The translations under genes were made by a program, and so were the position numbers. DNA of 19,866 nucleotides, taken from the NCBI GenBank assembly GCA_963806035.1, contig CAWDWO010000017.1:1-19866 (forward strand). Reading direction: 5' to 3'. This document shows positions 1 through 9,705 of this stretch, piece by piece (position 1 is the first letter of the stretch; each line of letters starts with the position of its first letter). The notes under the pieces were generated by a model. It was given only the letters and a program-made list of their open reading frames with translations. It was not told where the DNA came from and searched no databases. This stretch comes from Candidatus Krumholzibacteriota bacterium. GTDB taxonomy: Bacteria; Krumholzibacteriota; Krumholzibacteriia; JAJRXK01.

Positions 1-1
1 C

Positions 2-808
2 GTGCTGTCCGTGCAGAACATGACCCTGTTCCTCGAGCCGCCGTGCCGTGCTCTCGCTCAGCTGGCGACAGAAGACCAACTTCGCCGCGTTGTTTGCCAC
101 CAGATCTTCCATACGCACCACTCGCTTGAGGACTCCGTCCTTGAGAATTGCCGCCCGGTCCGCCAGGCTTTCCACGTCGCTCAGGATGTGCGAGCTCATG
201 AAGATGGTCGCACCGCGATCCTTGAGTTGTGCCAGGATGTTGCGCACCTGGTGCCGGCCCACGGGATCCAATCCGCCTAGAGGTTCATCCAGGATGAGAA
301 GCTCGGGCTGGTTGATCAGGGCTTGGGCCAAGCCCAGCCGCTGCAACATTCCGCGCGAACAATTGCGCAGGCGACGCGAAGCCCTGTCCTGCATTCCCAC
401 CAGGCTCAACACCTCATCGATGCGCCGGCGGGCCACGCGCGCGGAGAGCCCGTGCAGATCGGCGATGAGAGCCAGGAATTCTCTGCCTGAAAGGTGGTCG
501 TAGAAGTAAGGATTCTCGGGAAGGTACCCCACCTTGGCCAGTCCGCGTGGATCACCGGCCGGATACCCGAACACGCTCACTTCGCCCTCATCCGGCTTGA
601 TCAGTCCGAGCATCGCCTTGACGGTCGTGGTCTTGCCGGCGCCGTTGTGGCCGAGGTAGGCCAGGGTCTCCCCCGGCTCGAGCTCGAGATCGATTCCGCG
701 CAGCACCGGACGGCGCCGCCGCAGAAAATCGGAGCGGAAGCTCTTGCGCAGCCCCTGCAGACGACAGATGCCCGGACTGCTGGTTCTAGGATGTTCCTTC
801 GGACTCAC
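2..808 (-). CDS. ABC transporter ATP-binding protein (PilH/XapD-like, pilus-associated), 3'-truncated at window edge
   Basis: Absent from the ORF track (no stop in window); translated manually from GTG at 808 after an AAGGGAGA RBS. Walker A GHNGAGKTT, VGYLPENPYFYDHLSGREFL, signature variant CSRGMLQR, Walker B LILDEP, H-loop SSH. Position after pilin genes parallels M. xanthus pilH and Geobacter xapD. Confidence 0.9.
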   Translation of the reverse strand, partial: MSPKEHPRTSSPGICRLQGLRKSFRSDFLRRRRPVLRGIDLELEPGETLAYLGHNGAGKTTTVKAMLGLIKPDEGEVSVFGYPAGDPRGLAKVGYLPENPYFYDHLSGREFLALIADLHGLSARVARRRIDEVLSLVGMQDRASRRLRNCSRGMLQRLGLAQALINQPELLILDEPLGGLDPVGRHQVRNILAQLKDRGATIFMSSHILSDVESLADRAAILKDGVLKRVVRMEDLVANNAAKLVFCRQLSESTARRLEEQGHVLHGQH

Positions 809-867
809 CGTTTCTCCCTTTCGTGCGAGGAACGTCCATTGCGGCCCAGAATTGGCCATATCCAACG

Positions 868-895
868 GCAAAACGCCCCCAGGGGGGCGTTCTGC
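868..895 (-). terminator. GC-rich stem-loop downstream of second pilin, probable intrinsic terminator or attenuator
   Basis: Minus strand GCAGAACGCCCCC-CT-GGGGGCGTTTTGC about 50 nt after the pilin stop; short U tract. Confidence 0.6.
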
Positions 896-947
896 ACGAA
901 GGATGCCAGCGCCCGGCGGGCCTGAGCCACCGGGCTCTTGGCAAGGG

Positions 948-1421
948 CTATTGCCCACTGCTCAGAGTGATGACTGTCGCCAGTTGGGGCGAACGCCCGG
1001 CACCGGTGATCCAGTAGCCGACATTCGCATTGCCCCTCTGCAGCGAGGTATAGGTCACCTCTCCGGGCGCACCCCCATTCAGCGGAGGAACTCCCCCCGG
1101 CGCCGCCACGGCGAAAACGCTCGGCTCGGAGCGGGCCTGGCTGAACGGGTTGAACATCAGCTGACCGTTGTCGGGCAGCAGACTTTGGAAGGTCCTGCCA
1201 GAGGGATCCGCATCGGCCAAAACACCGGCGTAGATCCCGTCGTTGCGCACCGCGAAGTCCTCCGCCGCCAGCTGCAAACTATGGCAACTGGACTTGGTGG
1301 AAGCTTCCTTGGCACTGGCCTGCATCGAGAGCCAGTTGCTGGTGGCGATCGCGGCCAGAAGCCCGATGATCACCACCACGATCATCAGCTCGATCAGGGT
1401 AAATCCATCGTCATGCTTCAT
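948..1421 (-). CDS. Type IVa pilin, second (downstream) paralog
   Basis: MKHDDG/FTLIELMIVVVIIGLLAAIA class III signal peptide with Glu5; GGAGG RBS; collinear with the upstream pilin and ends in the same TLSSGQ. Confidence 0.93.
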   Translation of the reverse strand: MKHDDGFTLIELMIVVVIIGLLAAIATSNWLSMQASAKEASTKSSCHSLQLAAEDFAVRNDGIYAGVLADADPSGRTFQSLLPDNGQLMFNPFSQARSEPSVFAVAAPGGVPPLNGGAPGEVTYTSLQRGNANVGYWITGAGRSPQLATVITLSSGQ

Positions 1422-1444
1422 GGCGCCACCTCCAGAGACACAAG

Positions 1445-1473
1445 GGGCCGCACGGGATCCTCCCGTACGGCCC
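1445..1473 (-). terminator. Inter-pilin stem-loop (mRNA stabiliser or partial terminator)
   Basis: Minus-strand RNA GGGCCGUACGGGA-GGA-UCCCGUGCGGCCC, 13-bp stem whose one DNA mismatch is a G-U pair only on the minus strand; followed by CUUGUGUCUCU. Confidence 0.6.
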
Positions 1474-1501
1474 GTGTCGTGGACCCTAATGGGACCCGGG
1501 A

Positions 1502-1978
1502 TTACTGCCCGCTGGAGAGCGTGAGCACGTAGTTCAGGTCCTTACCTGCGCCCTGAACCCAGTAACCGACGTTGGTACCGGCAGCGTCCTGAAGCACGGT
1601 GTAGGCGACCTCACCAGCAGCCGCACCGTTGGCGGGCTGGGCAGCACCAGGAGCGGCAGCGGCAAAGACGCTGGGCTCGGTGGGCTGACGCGTGAACGCG
1701 TTGTTCATGAGAGCGCCGTTGTTCGGCAGCAGGCTCTGGAAGGTGGCACCGCTGGGATCGACATCGGCCAGAACCGCGGCGTACACACCGTTGTTACGCA
1801 CGGCGAAATCCTCCGCCGCGAGCTGCAGGGTATGGCAGCTGGACTTGGTGGAAGCTTCCTTCGCGCGATCCTGCATCGAAATGAAATTCGGGATGGCGAT
1901 GGCAGCCAAGATACCGATGATGACCACAACGATCATCAGCTCGATCAAGGTAAAACCGGAGTTGTTCTTCACTTTCAT
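1502..1978 (-). CDS. pilA: Type IVa major pilin PilA (158 aa prepilin)
   Basis: Start is ATG at 1978 after a GAGGAGG RBS (ORF track overextends to 2119). MKVKNNSG/FTLIELMIVVVIIGILAAIAIPNF with Glu5 and Pro22; directly downstream of pilR and a sigma-54 promoter. Confidence 0.95.
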   Translation of the reverse strand: MKVKNNSGFTLIELMIVVVIIGILAAIAIPNFISMQDRAKEASTKSSCHTLQLAAEDFAVRNNGVYAAVLADVDPSGATFQSLLPNNGALMNNAFTRQPTEPSVFAAAAPGAAQPANGAAAGEVAYTVLQDAAGTNVGYWVQGAGKDLNYVLTLSSGQ

Positions 1979-2054
1979 GGCCTCCTCAAGAGTTTCCCAT
2001 CCCCGCGCGAGAATCGCCGGGGCTTGCGGGTGAGTTACGGCTGTTGGGGGTGAA

Positions 2055-2070
2055 TGCAGACGGCGTGCCA
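2055..2070 (-). promoter_or_regulatory. Sigma-54 (-24/-12) promoter of pilA
   Basis: Minus strand TGGCACGCCGTCTGCA versus consensus TGGCACG-N4-TTGC(A/T), correct GG-N10-GC spacing; about 75 nt upstream of pilA; adjacent gene is a sigma-54 activator. Confidence 0.85.
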
Positions 2071-2120
2071 ACTGTCCGCTAGCGAAGAAAACCACTAACT
2101 CGTTACGATGAGGAAGCATA

Positions 2121-2172
2121 GAGCCCGAAGTCAGACGACTCCGGGCTCTTGATCTCTGCCCGAGCTTCGGGC
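2121..2172 (-). promoter_or_regulatory. Two inverted repeats after pilR (transcript hairpins and/or activator-binding sites)
   Basis: GAGCCCGAAGTC-AGAC-GACTCCGGGCTC (2121-2148) and GCCCGA-GCT-TCGGGC (2158-2172), 50-100 bp upstream of the -24 box. Confidence 0.45.
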
Positions 2173-2203
2173 TTTGCAGGCTGCGACTCGCGGATTGCCA
2201 GCT

Positions 2204-3640
<1,437 letters not shown>

Positions 3641-3713
3641 TTCGGTCCTTTCCTGTCAACCCCTGCCCGCGAGCGGCGAGCCTTTCGCGCCCGGGTCCGT
3701 CGGCATTTTCGAG

Positions 3714-5436
3714 TCACACTCCAAGCGGAGTGGGTTCGCTTGCGATCTCGTCAAAAGCCTGCTTGGTCTCGATCAAGTTTCCGTCGCGCCAGACACCGAC
3801 CAAGGGAAGATGCACGGCGAATTCAGCACCACCTTCGGGGCGGTTGGAAAAATCGATGCGACCTTCGTGGTTGTGCACGATACGGTTCGCCATGGAGAGT
3901 CCCAGTCCCGTCCCCTCGCTCTTGGTGGTAAAGAAGGGATCGAAGAGGTGCGTCAACAGCTCCTCGTCGACCCCCTCCCCCTCGTCCAGGAAGCGAATCA
4001 CGATTTCCACCGGTTGACTCGTTGCGGAGCACTTCGGTGCAGATTCTCAACTTTCCCCCGTCCTGCATGGCCTGAAACGCGTTGAGAGCCAGGTTCAAGA
4101 AGACCTGCGACATCTGCTCCTCGTCGACGTCGACCACGTAGTCGGCCTCGGGCGACTCCAGTTGCACCGTCGCGCCCTCTCCCAGGTCGTCGCGCCTCCT
4201 CAGCATGGTACAGAGGTCCTCCAGGAGGACGAAAAGATGGACTTTGCGCGGCGCCTGCGGCCTGAGCCGGGCGAACTCGAGGAAGTCCTCGATGATCCGG
4301 TTGAGGCGTTCGCTCTCCTTGAGAACGAGGCTCATGAGGCGGCGGTTCTCCCCCTCGACCGCGAGCTCGCTGGAGAGCATTTCCACGCAACCACGGATGC
4401 TCGCCAGGGGATTGCGGATCTCGTGCGCGATTCCGGCCGAGAGCTCGCCGACCGCGGCCAGACGGTCGTTCGCGCGCATTCTCTCGCGCATCCTGAGCAC
4501 CTCGGTCAGATCCTGGAAGACCGCGATGATGCCGGTGCGTTGTCCCGCCTCGTCATATTGCTGACTGATGCTCACCCCGATGGGCACCACCGTGGTGTCC
4601 TGGCGCATGATGTTGAGTTCCACCCGGCGCGCGGCCGTTCCATCACGGAGCGCCTCCCGCAAATGCGAGACGAAGGCGGGCATGATCGGACCCAGGGTAT
4701 TCTCGATGGAGAGTCCCCGGATCTTGTCCACGTCCACTCCCAGGATCTCACCCGCCGCCGGGTTGAGACGTAGGGCGCGTCCCCTCTCGTCGATCGTCAA
4801 GACACCGCTGCTCATGTTGTCCAGGATCCCCTGGATCTCCAGGCGATGCCGCGCCAACTCTTCCCGCTTGGCCGCCAAGAGCCGAGCCTTCGAATCGACT
4901 CGCTGGGCCAGCTCCCCCGCGAGATAGCCGATGGTGAGGAAGAGGCCGACGGCGAATTGAACCTGCAACAGTTCACGCCGGTGTAGAGGTGTCGAGCTGA
5001 AGAAAAGCGCGTTGGGAGTGAGAACGCCGGTGGACACCAGCACCTCGTAGCCGAGAATCGTCAGCGAACAGAGAATGGCGGTGGTCACCGCTCCTCGCCT
5101 GCGCTGAGTCGAGGATGCCAAAAGGATGGGGAAGAAGTACAGGAGGGTGAAGACACTCCCCACCCCCCCGGTGAGATGCATGCAGGCCGTGATCAGGATG
5201 ATGTCGAGAATCAGTCCGGAGACCTGGACCCACAGCCTCGAGGCCCCTTTGCGCCAGGCGATGTAACCGGCCGTGATCCCCAGATATTGGGCCGCGAGGC
5301 ATCCGAAGAGCGCGCTGCGTGCCACGTGCTCGGCGGCCAAAGACAGCAGAATGACCCCCGCGGAGACGACGAGCGTTGCCACCGTCAAGCGCAGAAAGAA
5401 CCACTGCTGGAGAGACGAATCTCTCTTCTCAATCAC
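3714..5436 (-). CDS. pilS: Sensor histidine kinase PilS, split by a frameshift near 4011-4017
   Basis: Multi-TM N-terminus, PAS region, H-box SAGIAHEIRNPL and N-box QVFLNLALNA in ORF 3823..5436; the G1/F/G2 boxes (DEGEG, LFDPFFTTK, GTGLGL) are in a different frame (ORF 3714..4010). Confidence 0.88.
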
Positions 5437-5484
5437 GTCCGATTCCCCCCATAGGATCGCCGCTAAGAGCTCTGCGGAAGTCGA

Positions 5485-6702
5485 TCAGGAGCCACCGCTA
5501 ATGACGCTGGCCATCTTGAACATCGGCAAGTACATGGCGATGAGCATTCCACCCACGATCACACCCATGACCACGATCATGATCGGCTCGATCGCGGCAG
5601 TCAGTTGCTCCACCGCGGTGTCCACTTCGTCATCGTAGAAGTCCGAGATCTTGCCCAGCATTTCGTCCAGGGCACCGGTCTGTTCCCCCACCGCGATCAT
5701 CTGCACCACCATGGGCGGAAACACGTCACACTTCTTCAGCGGTTCGGCGATGGTTTCACCCTGAGAGATGCTCTCGCGCGTCTCCTGAATGGCTTCGGTG
5801 ATCACGAGGTTACCCGCGGTGCGCGCGGTAATCTCCAGACCCTGGAGGATGGGAACACCCGAGCTGACCAGGGTTCCCAGCGTGCGCGTGAAGCGCGCGA
5901 CGGAGCCCTTGCGCAGGACGTTGCCCACGATGGGGATCTTCAGCATGAAGGCATCGATGGCCCGGCTGGCCTTGTAATTCTTGCGAGCCAACTTGTAACT
6001 GACGACCGCGGCGATCCCCATTCCGGCGAGGAGCCACCACCAGGAGCGCAGGAAGGAGGAGATCCCCATCACGAAGCGCGTCGGAGCCGGCAGTACGCCG
6101 CCGAAGTCCGAGAACATCTTGGCGAAGACGGGGATGACGAACAAGAGCATGAAGATGGTCGCGCCGCCCGCCACGACCATGACGATGGTCGGGTAGGTCA
6201 TCGCGCTCTTGATCTTGCGCTGCAACGCATCGGCCTTCTCCAGGTATACGGCGAGACGCGACAGGATCACGTCCAGAATACCGCCTTGCTCTCCGGCATC
6301 GACCATGTTCACGTAGAGGTCGCTCCAGATGCCCTTGTGCTTCCCCAGCCCCTCGGCCAGGGTGGTTCCACCCTCGACATCGCTCATCACGGTCTGAATC
6401 GCCCGCTTGAAGAGGATGTGCTGGGTCTGCTTTCCGAGAATGTCCAGGCACTGCACCAGAGGCAAACCCGCGTTTACCATGGTGGAGAACTGGCGCGTGA
6501 AGACGGACAGGTCCTTCACGCTGACGCCCTTCTTGAAGCCCGGTAGTTTCAGATCTTTGGACTTCGCGCGGATCGATTTGATGACGATCCGCTTCTTGCG
6601 CAAATTAGCGACTGCGTCCTGCTTCGTGGCGGCTTCCAGCTCACCACTGAGCATCTCCCCCTGCGGGCTCATGCCCTTCCAAAGAAAGGTAATTGTGGCC
6701 AC
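5485..6702 (-). CDS. pilC: Type IV pilus inner-membrane platform protein PilC (T2SS F family)
   Basis: FTRQFSTMVNAGLPLVQCL, AGEQGGILD, KIKSAMTYP, QMIAVGEQTGALDEML, AMYLPMF motifs; pilB-pilT-pilC order. Confidence 0.96.
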   Translation of the reverse strand: MATITFLWKGMSPQGEMLSGELEAATKQDAVANLRKKRIVIKSIRAKSKDLKLPGFKKGVSVKDLSVFTRQFSTMVNAGLPLVQCLDILGKQTQHILFKRAIQTVMSDVEGGTTLAEGLGKHKGIWSDLYVNMVDAGEQGGILDVILSRLAVYLEKADALQRKIKSAMTYPTIVMVVAGGATIFMLLFVIPVFAKMFSDFGGVLPAPTRFVMGISSFLRSWWWLLAGMGIAAVVSYKLARKNYKASRAIDAFMLKIPIVGNVLRKGSVARFTRTLGTLVSSGVPILQGLEITARTAGNLVITEAIQETRESISQGETIAEPLKKCDVFPPMVVQMIAVGEQTGALDEMLGKISDFYDDEVDTAVEQLTAAIEPIMIVVMGVIVGGMLIAMYLPMFKMASVISGGS

Positions 6703-6723
6703 GTTCGTTCCTCCTGGCTTGGC

Positions 6724-7794
6724 TTATACCTGGACGGTATCGCCAATCATCTTGAGCAGCTCATCCTGGTCCGCCGAGCGGTTCAGCGCATCGTCGTAAC
6801 TGATCAGTCGATTCGTGTAAGCTTGGTAGAGAGACTGGTTCATGGTCTGCATGCCGTACTTCTGTCCCGCCTGCATGATTCCGTAGATCTGATGGATCTT
6901 GGAATCGCGAATGAGCGCCTTGATCGCCGGCGTACAGACCATGACTTCCGCACAGAGAGCGCGCCCGTTCGTCCGGTGACGCGGAATCAGCTGTTGGGTG
7001 ATGACGCCCTCGAGAACGAATGCCAGTTGGGCGCGAATTTGACCCTGCTGGTTCTCGGGAAAAACGTCCACGATACGGTTGATCGATTCGTAGGTCGAAT
7101 TGGTGTGCAGAGTCGCGAGCGCCAAGTGACCCGTTTCGGCGATGGTCAGAGCCGCCGCAATCGTTTCCCGGTCGCGCATCTCCCCGATCAGAATCACGTC
7201 GGGATCTTGACGAAGCACGTATTTAAGCGCGTTCGGGAACGAGTCGGTATCGGTGTGGAGTTCGCGCTGGTTGACCATGCTCTTCTTGTGCGCATGGACG
7301 TACTCGATGGGATCCTCGATGGTGAGGATGTGATTGGCGCGATGTTCGTTGATGTAATCGATGATGCTGGCAAGAGTGGTGGACTTACCGGAGCCGGTGG
7401 GTCCGGTGACCAGCACGAGACCGCGGGGCAGTTCCGCGAAGCGCCTGACCGCTTTGGGCAGTCCCAACTTCTCGAAGCCCATGATCTCGTAGGGAATCTG
7501 ACGAATCGCGGTGGTCGTTACCCCGCGCTGCAGGAAGACGTTGGCGCGAAAACGACTCAGTCCCTGGACGCCGAAGCTCAGATCCAGCTCCTTCTCGTTT
7601 TCGAAGATCTTCTTCTGCTCGTCGTTCAGGACCGAATAGGCCAGGGACCTGGTATCGTCGGCCGTGAGCACATCGAAGTTGGAACTCTCGATTTCGCCGT
7701 CGATTCGGAACTGAGGCGGCAGTCCGGCCGTCAGGTGCAAGTCACTGGCGTTCTTGGCAACCATCTCTTCGAGCAATTCACGCAGGCTGATCAT
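6724..7794 (-). CDS. pilT: Type IV pilus retraction ATPase PilT
   Basis: ASDLHL, GPTGSGKSTT, TIEDPIEY, LRQDPDVILIGEMRD, AETGHL, AIKALIRD (AIRNLIRE-like), GMQTMNQ; 356 aa. Confidence 0.97.
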   Translation of the reverse strand: MISLRELLEEMVAKNASDLHLTAGLPPQFRIDGEIESSNFDVLTADDTRSLAYSVLNDEQKKIFENEKELDLSFGVQGLSRFRANVFLQRGVTTTAIRQIPYEIMGFEKLGLPKAVRRFAELPRGLVLVTGPTGSGKSTTLASIIDYINEHRANHILTIEDPIEYVHAHKKSMVNQRELHTDTDSFPNALKYVLRQDPDVILIGEMRDRETIAAALTIAETGHLALATLHTNSTYESINRIVDVFPENQQGQIRAQLAFVLEGVITQQLIPRHRTNGRALCAEVMVCTPAIKALIRDSKIHQIYGIMQAGQKYGMQTMNQSLYQAYTNRLISYDDALNRSADQDELLKMIGDTVQV

Positions 7795-7805
7795 GACATC
7801 CTCCG

Positions 7806-9482
7806 TTACATTTCCGCGGTTTCACGGAGGACCTCTTCGATCGTGGTCACTCCCTTTTCAACCTGACGCAGTCCATCACGGCGGAGGGTCAACATGCCCT
7901 CCTCGATGGCCGCCTGACGGATTTCCGTCGTCGTTCCACGATCCAGGACGATCTCCCTGAGTCGCGGCGTGATCGGCATGACTTCGTAGAGTCCCTGGCG
8001 CCCCCGGTAGCCGGTGTCCCCACACTCCTGGCAACCGGCGCCCACGCAGACCTCGGCCGATGAATCGATTCCCAAATCGTCGCGCACCTCGGAACTGATG
8101 TCCGCGCGCTCCTTGCAGTGTTTGCAGATCCGGCGCACCAGACGTTGCGCCATGATGAGGTTCGTGGATGAGGCCACGAGGAAGGGTTCGATGCCCATGT
8201 CGATCATACGGTTGATCGTGGCCGGTGCATCGTTGGTGTGCAAAGTACTCAACACCAGGTGGCCGGTGAGGGCCGCTTTCACCGCGATGGAGCCGGTCTC
8301 CAGGTCACGGATCTCCCCCACCATCACGATGTTGGGGTCCTGGCGGAGAAATGCCTTCAGCGCCGCGGCGAAGGTCAGGCCGACCTCGTCTCGCACCGCG
8401 ACCTGGTTGATGCCGTCGAGGTTGTATTCGACGGGATCCTCGGCCGTCATGATGTTCACTTCGGGAGTATTCAGGCGGCTCAGACACGAGTAAAGAGTGG
8501 TCGTCTTACCCGATCCGGTCGGCCCCGTCACCAGAACCATACCGTAGGGCGAAGACACCGCCTTGAGGACGTTCTTGATGGCATTGCCTTCCATCCCGAA
8601 GCCCTCGAGGTCGAACTGGAGATTCGATTTATCGAGAATACGAAGCACGATCTTCTCGCCGTAGATGCAGGGGAGCGAGGAGACACGGAGATCGACTTTC
8701 TTCTCGCCGATCTTCAGCTTGATGCGTCCGTCCTGCGGCACTCGACGCTCGGCGATGTCCAGTTCGGACATGATCTTGAGACGGGAGATGATGGCCGCGC
8801 GCATCTTGTGCGGCGGGTTCATCATTTCTTGCAGCACACCGTCGACACGGTAGCGCACCCGCATTTGACGCTCGTAGCATTCGATGTGGATATCGCTGGC
8901 ACCACGCTTGACCGCGTCGGAGAGAAGCGAGTTCACCAACTTGACGACGGGAGCATTCTCCGAAGCGACGGAGAGCGCGCCGAGGTCATCCTCTTCGTCC
9001 TCTTCCACGACCTCGATGTCTTCCTCGAGGCCCTCCAGAACTTCCTTCAGACTGTCCGCCGAGTCGTAGAAGCGATCGATGGCATTCCGGATGTCACTTT
9101 CGGTGCAGACGACCGGTTGCACTTCGAGTCCAGTGATGAACTTGATGTCGTCAATGGCGAACACGTTGGACGGGTTCGACATCGCGACTTTGAGGATGCG
9201 ACCCTGTCGCGAGAGTGGAATGACCTGGAAGCGAGTTACCACGTCGGCCGGTATGAGCGCGGTGACCTCCGCCTCGATGTCTTGTCCTTCGAGACTGACG
9301 ATGGGAAGGTCATACATCTTCCCCAGGAAGTTGGCGTAGGCATCTTCGGACAACGCACCCGTGCGCACGAGATTGACGCCCAGGGATCCTCCCTGCTTCT
9401 CCTGCTCCTGGATGGCTTTCTGGAGTTCAGACTGACTGACCAGGTCGGCCTCTAACAGTTTCCCGGCGATTTTGTCCTTCAA
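7806..9482 (-). CDS. pilB: Type IV pilus extension ATPase PilB
   Basis: MshEN/T2SSE_N-like N-terminus, ASDIHIE, LDIAERRVPQDGR, GPTGSGKTTT, LRQDPNIVMVGEIRD, CKHC...CQEC Zn site, GYRGR; TTG start with GAGG RBS. Confidence 0.96.
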   Translation of the reverse strand: MKDKIAGKLLEADLVSQSELQKAIQEQEKQGGSLGVNLVRTGALSEDAYANFLGKMYDLPIVSLEGQDIEAEVTALIPADVVTRFQVIPLSRQGRILKVAMSNPSNVFAIDDIKFITGLEVQPVVCTESDIRNAIDRFYDSADSLKEVLEGLEEDIEVVEEDEEDDLGALSVASENAPVVKLVNSLLSDAVKRGASDIHIECYERQMRVRYRVDGVLQEMMNPPHKMRAAIISRLKIMSELDIAERRVPQDGRIKLKIGEKKVDLRVSSLPCIYGEKIVLRILDKSNLQFDLEGFGMEGNAIKNVLKAVSSPYGMVLVTGPTGSGKTTTLYSCLSRLNTPEVNIMTAEDPVEYNLDGINQVAVRDEVGLTFAAALKAFLRQDPNIVMVGEIRDLETGSIAVKAALTGHLVLSTLHTNDAPATINRMIDMGIEPFLVASSTNLIMAQRLVRRICKHCKERADISSEVRDDLGIDSSAEVCVGAGCQECGDTGYRGRQGLYEVMPITPRLREIVLDRGTTTEIRQAAIEEGMLTLRRDGLRQVEKGVTTIEEVLRETAEM

Positions 9483-9654
9483 CGCGATGACCTCGAAGAG
9501 CTAAGGACTTGCAGAATGCGGCCACCGGCGTGCAGGACCGCGATTCGAGACATGGCAACCAGCAATGCCCGTGCCTCGATCCGTTTCTGGGCTTGGGCCC
9601 CCTGGGCCGCCTAGCAACGAGTTTTTCGGCGATTGCCGAGACTTCCACGTCCGG

Positions 9655-9668
9655 TGGGGAATTCCCCA
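9655..9668. promoter_or_regulatory. Perfect 14-bp palindrome TGGGGAATTCCCCA, candidate operator in the pilB leader
   Basis: Seen directly; just downstream of the candidate sigma-54 promoter at 9690-9705. Confidence 0.35.
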
Positions 9669-9689
9669 TCAGCCGCGGTGGGGGCAGAT

Positions 9690-9705
9690 TGCAAGGCTTG
9701 CGCCC
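9690..9705 (-). promoter_or_regulatory. Candidate sigma-54 promoter upstream of pilB
   Basis: Minus strand GGGCGCAAGCCTTGCA: GG-N10-GC spacing with a perfect TTGCA -12 box, in the 250-bp comEA-pilB intergenic region; -24 box weaker than at pilA. Confidence 0.45.

Noticed and set aside
948..1421. Neisseria-style silent pilin cassette
   Set aside because: The second copy keeps its RBS, start codon, leader and full N-terminal helix, unlike truncated silent cassettes.
948..1978. Electrically conductive (e-pilin) interpretation
   Set aside because: Position 27 is Met rather than Tyr, the pilins are full length, and aromatic content of pilin 1 is only about 8% including His.
1979..2119. N-terminal extension of pilA in the ORF track
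   Set aside because: It overlaps the sigma-54 promoter; the strong RBS and short T4a leader point to ATG 1978.
5158..5169. Poly-C tract in pilS as a phase-variation switch
   Set aside because: Only 7 consecutive C, in frame within a Gly-Gly-Val-Gly stretch, and far from the actual frameshift.
9510..9524. Sigma-54-like TGGCCGCATTCTGCA near the pilB start
   Set aside because: GG to GC spacing is 9 nt, not the required 10.
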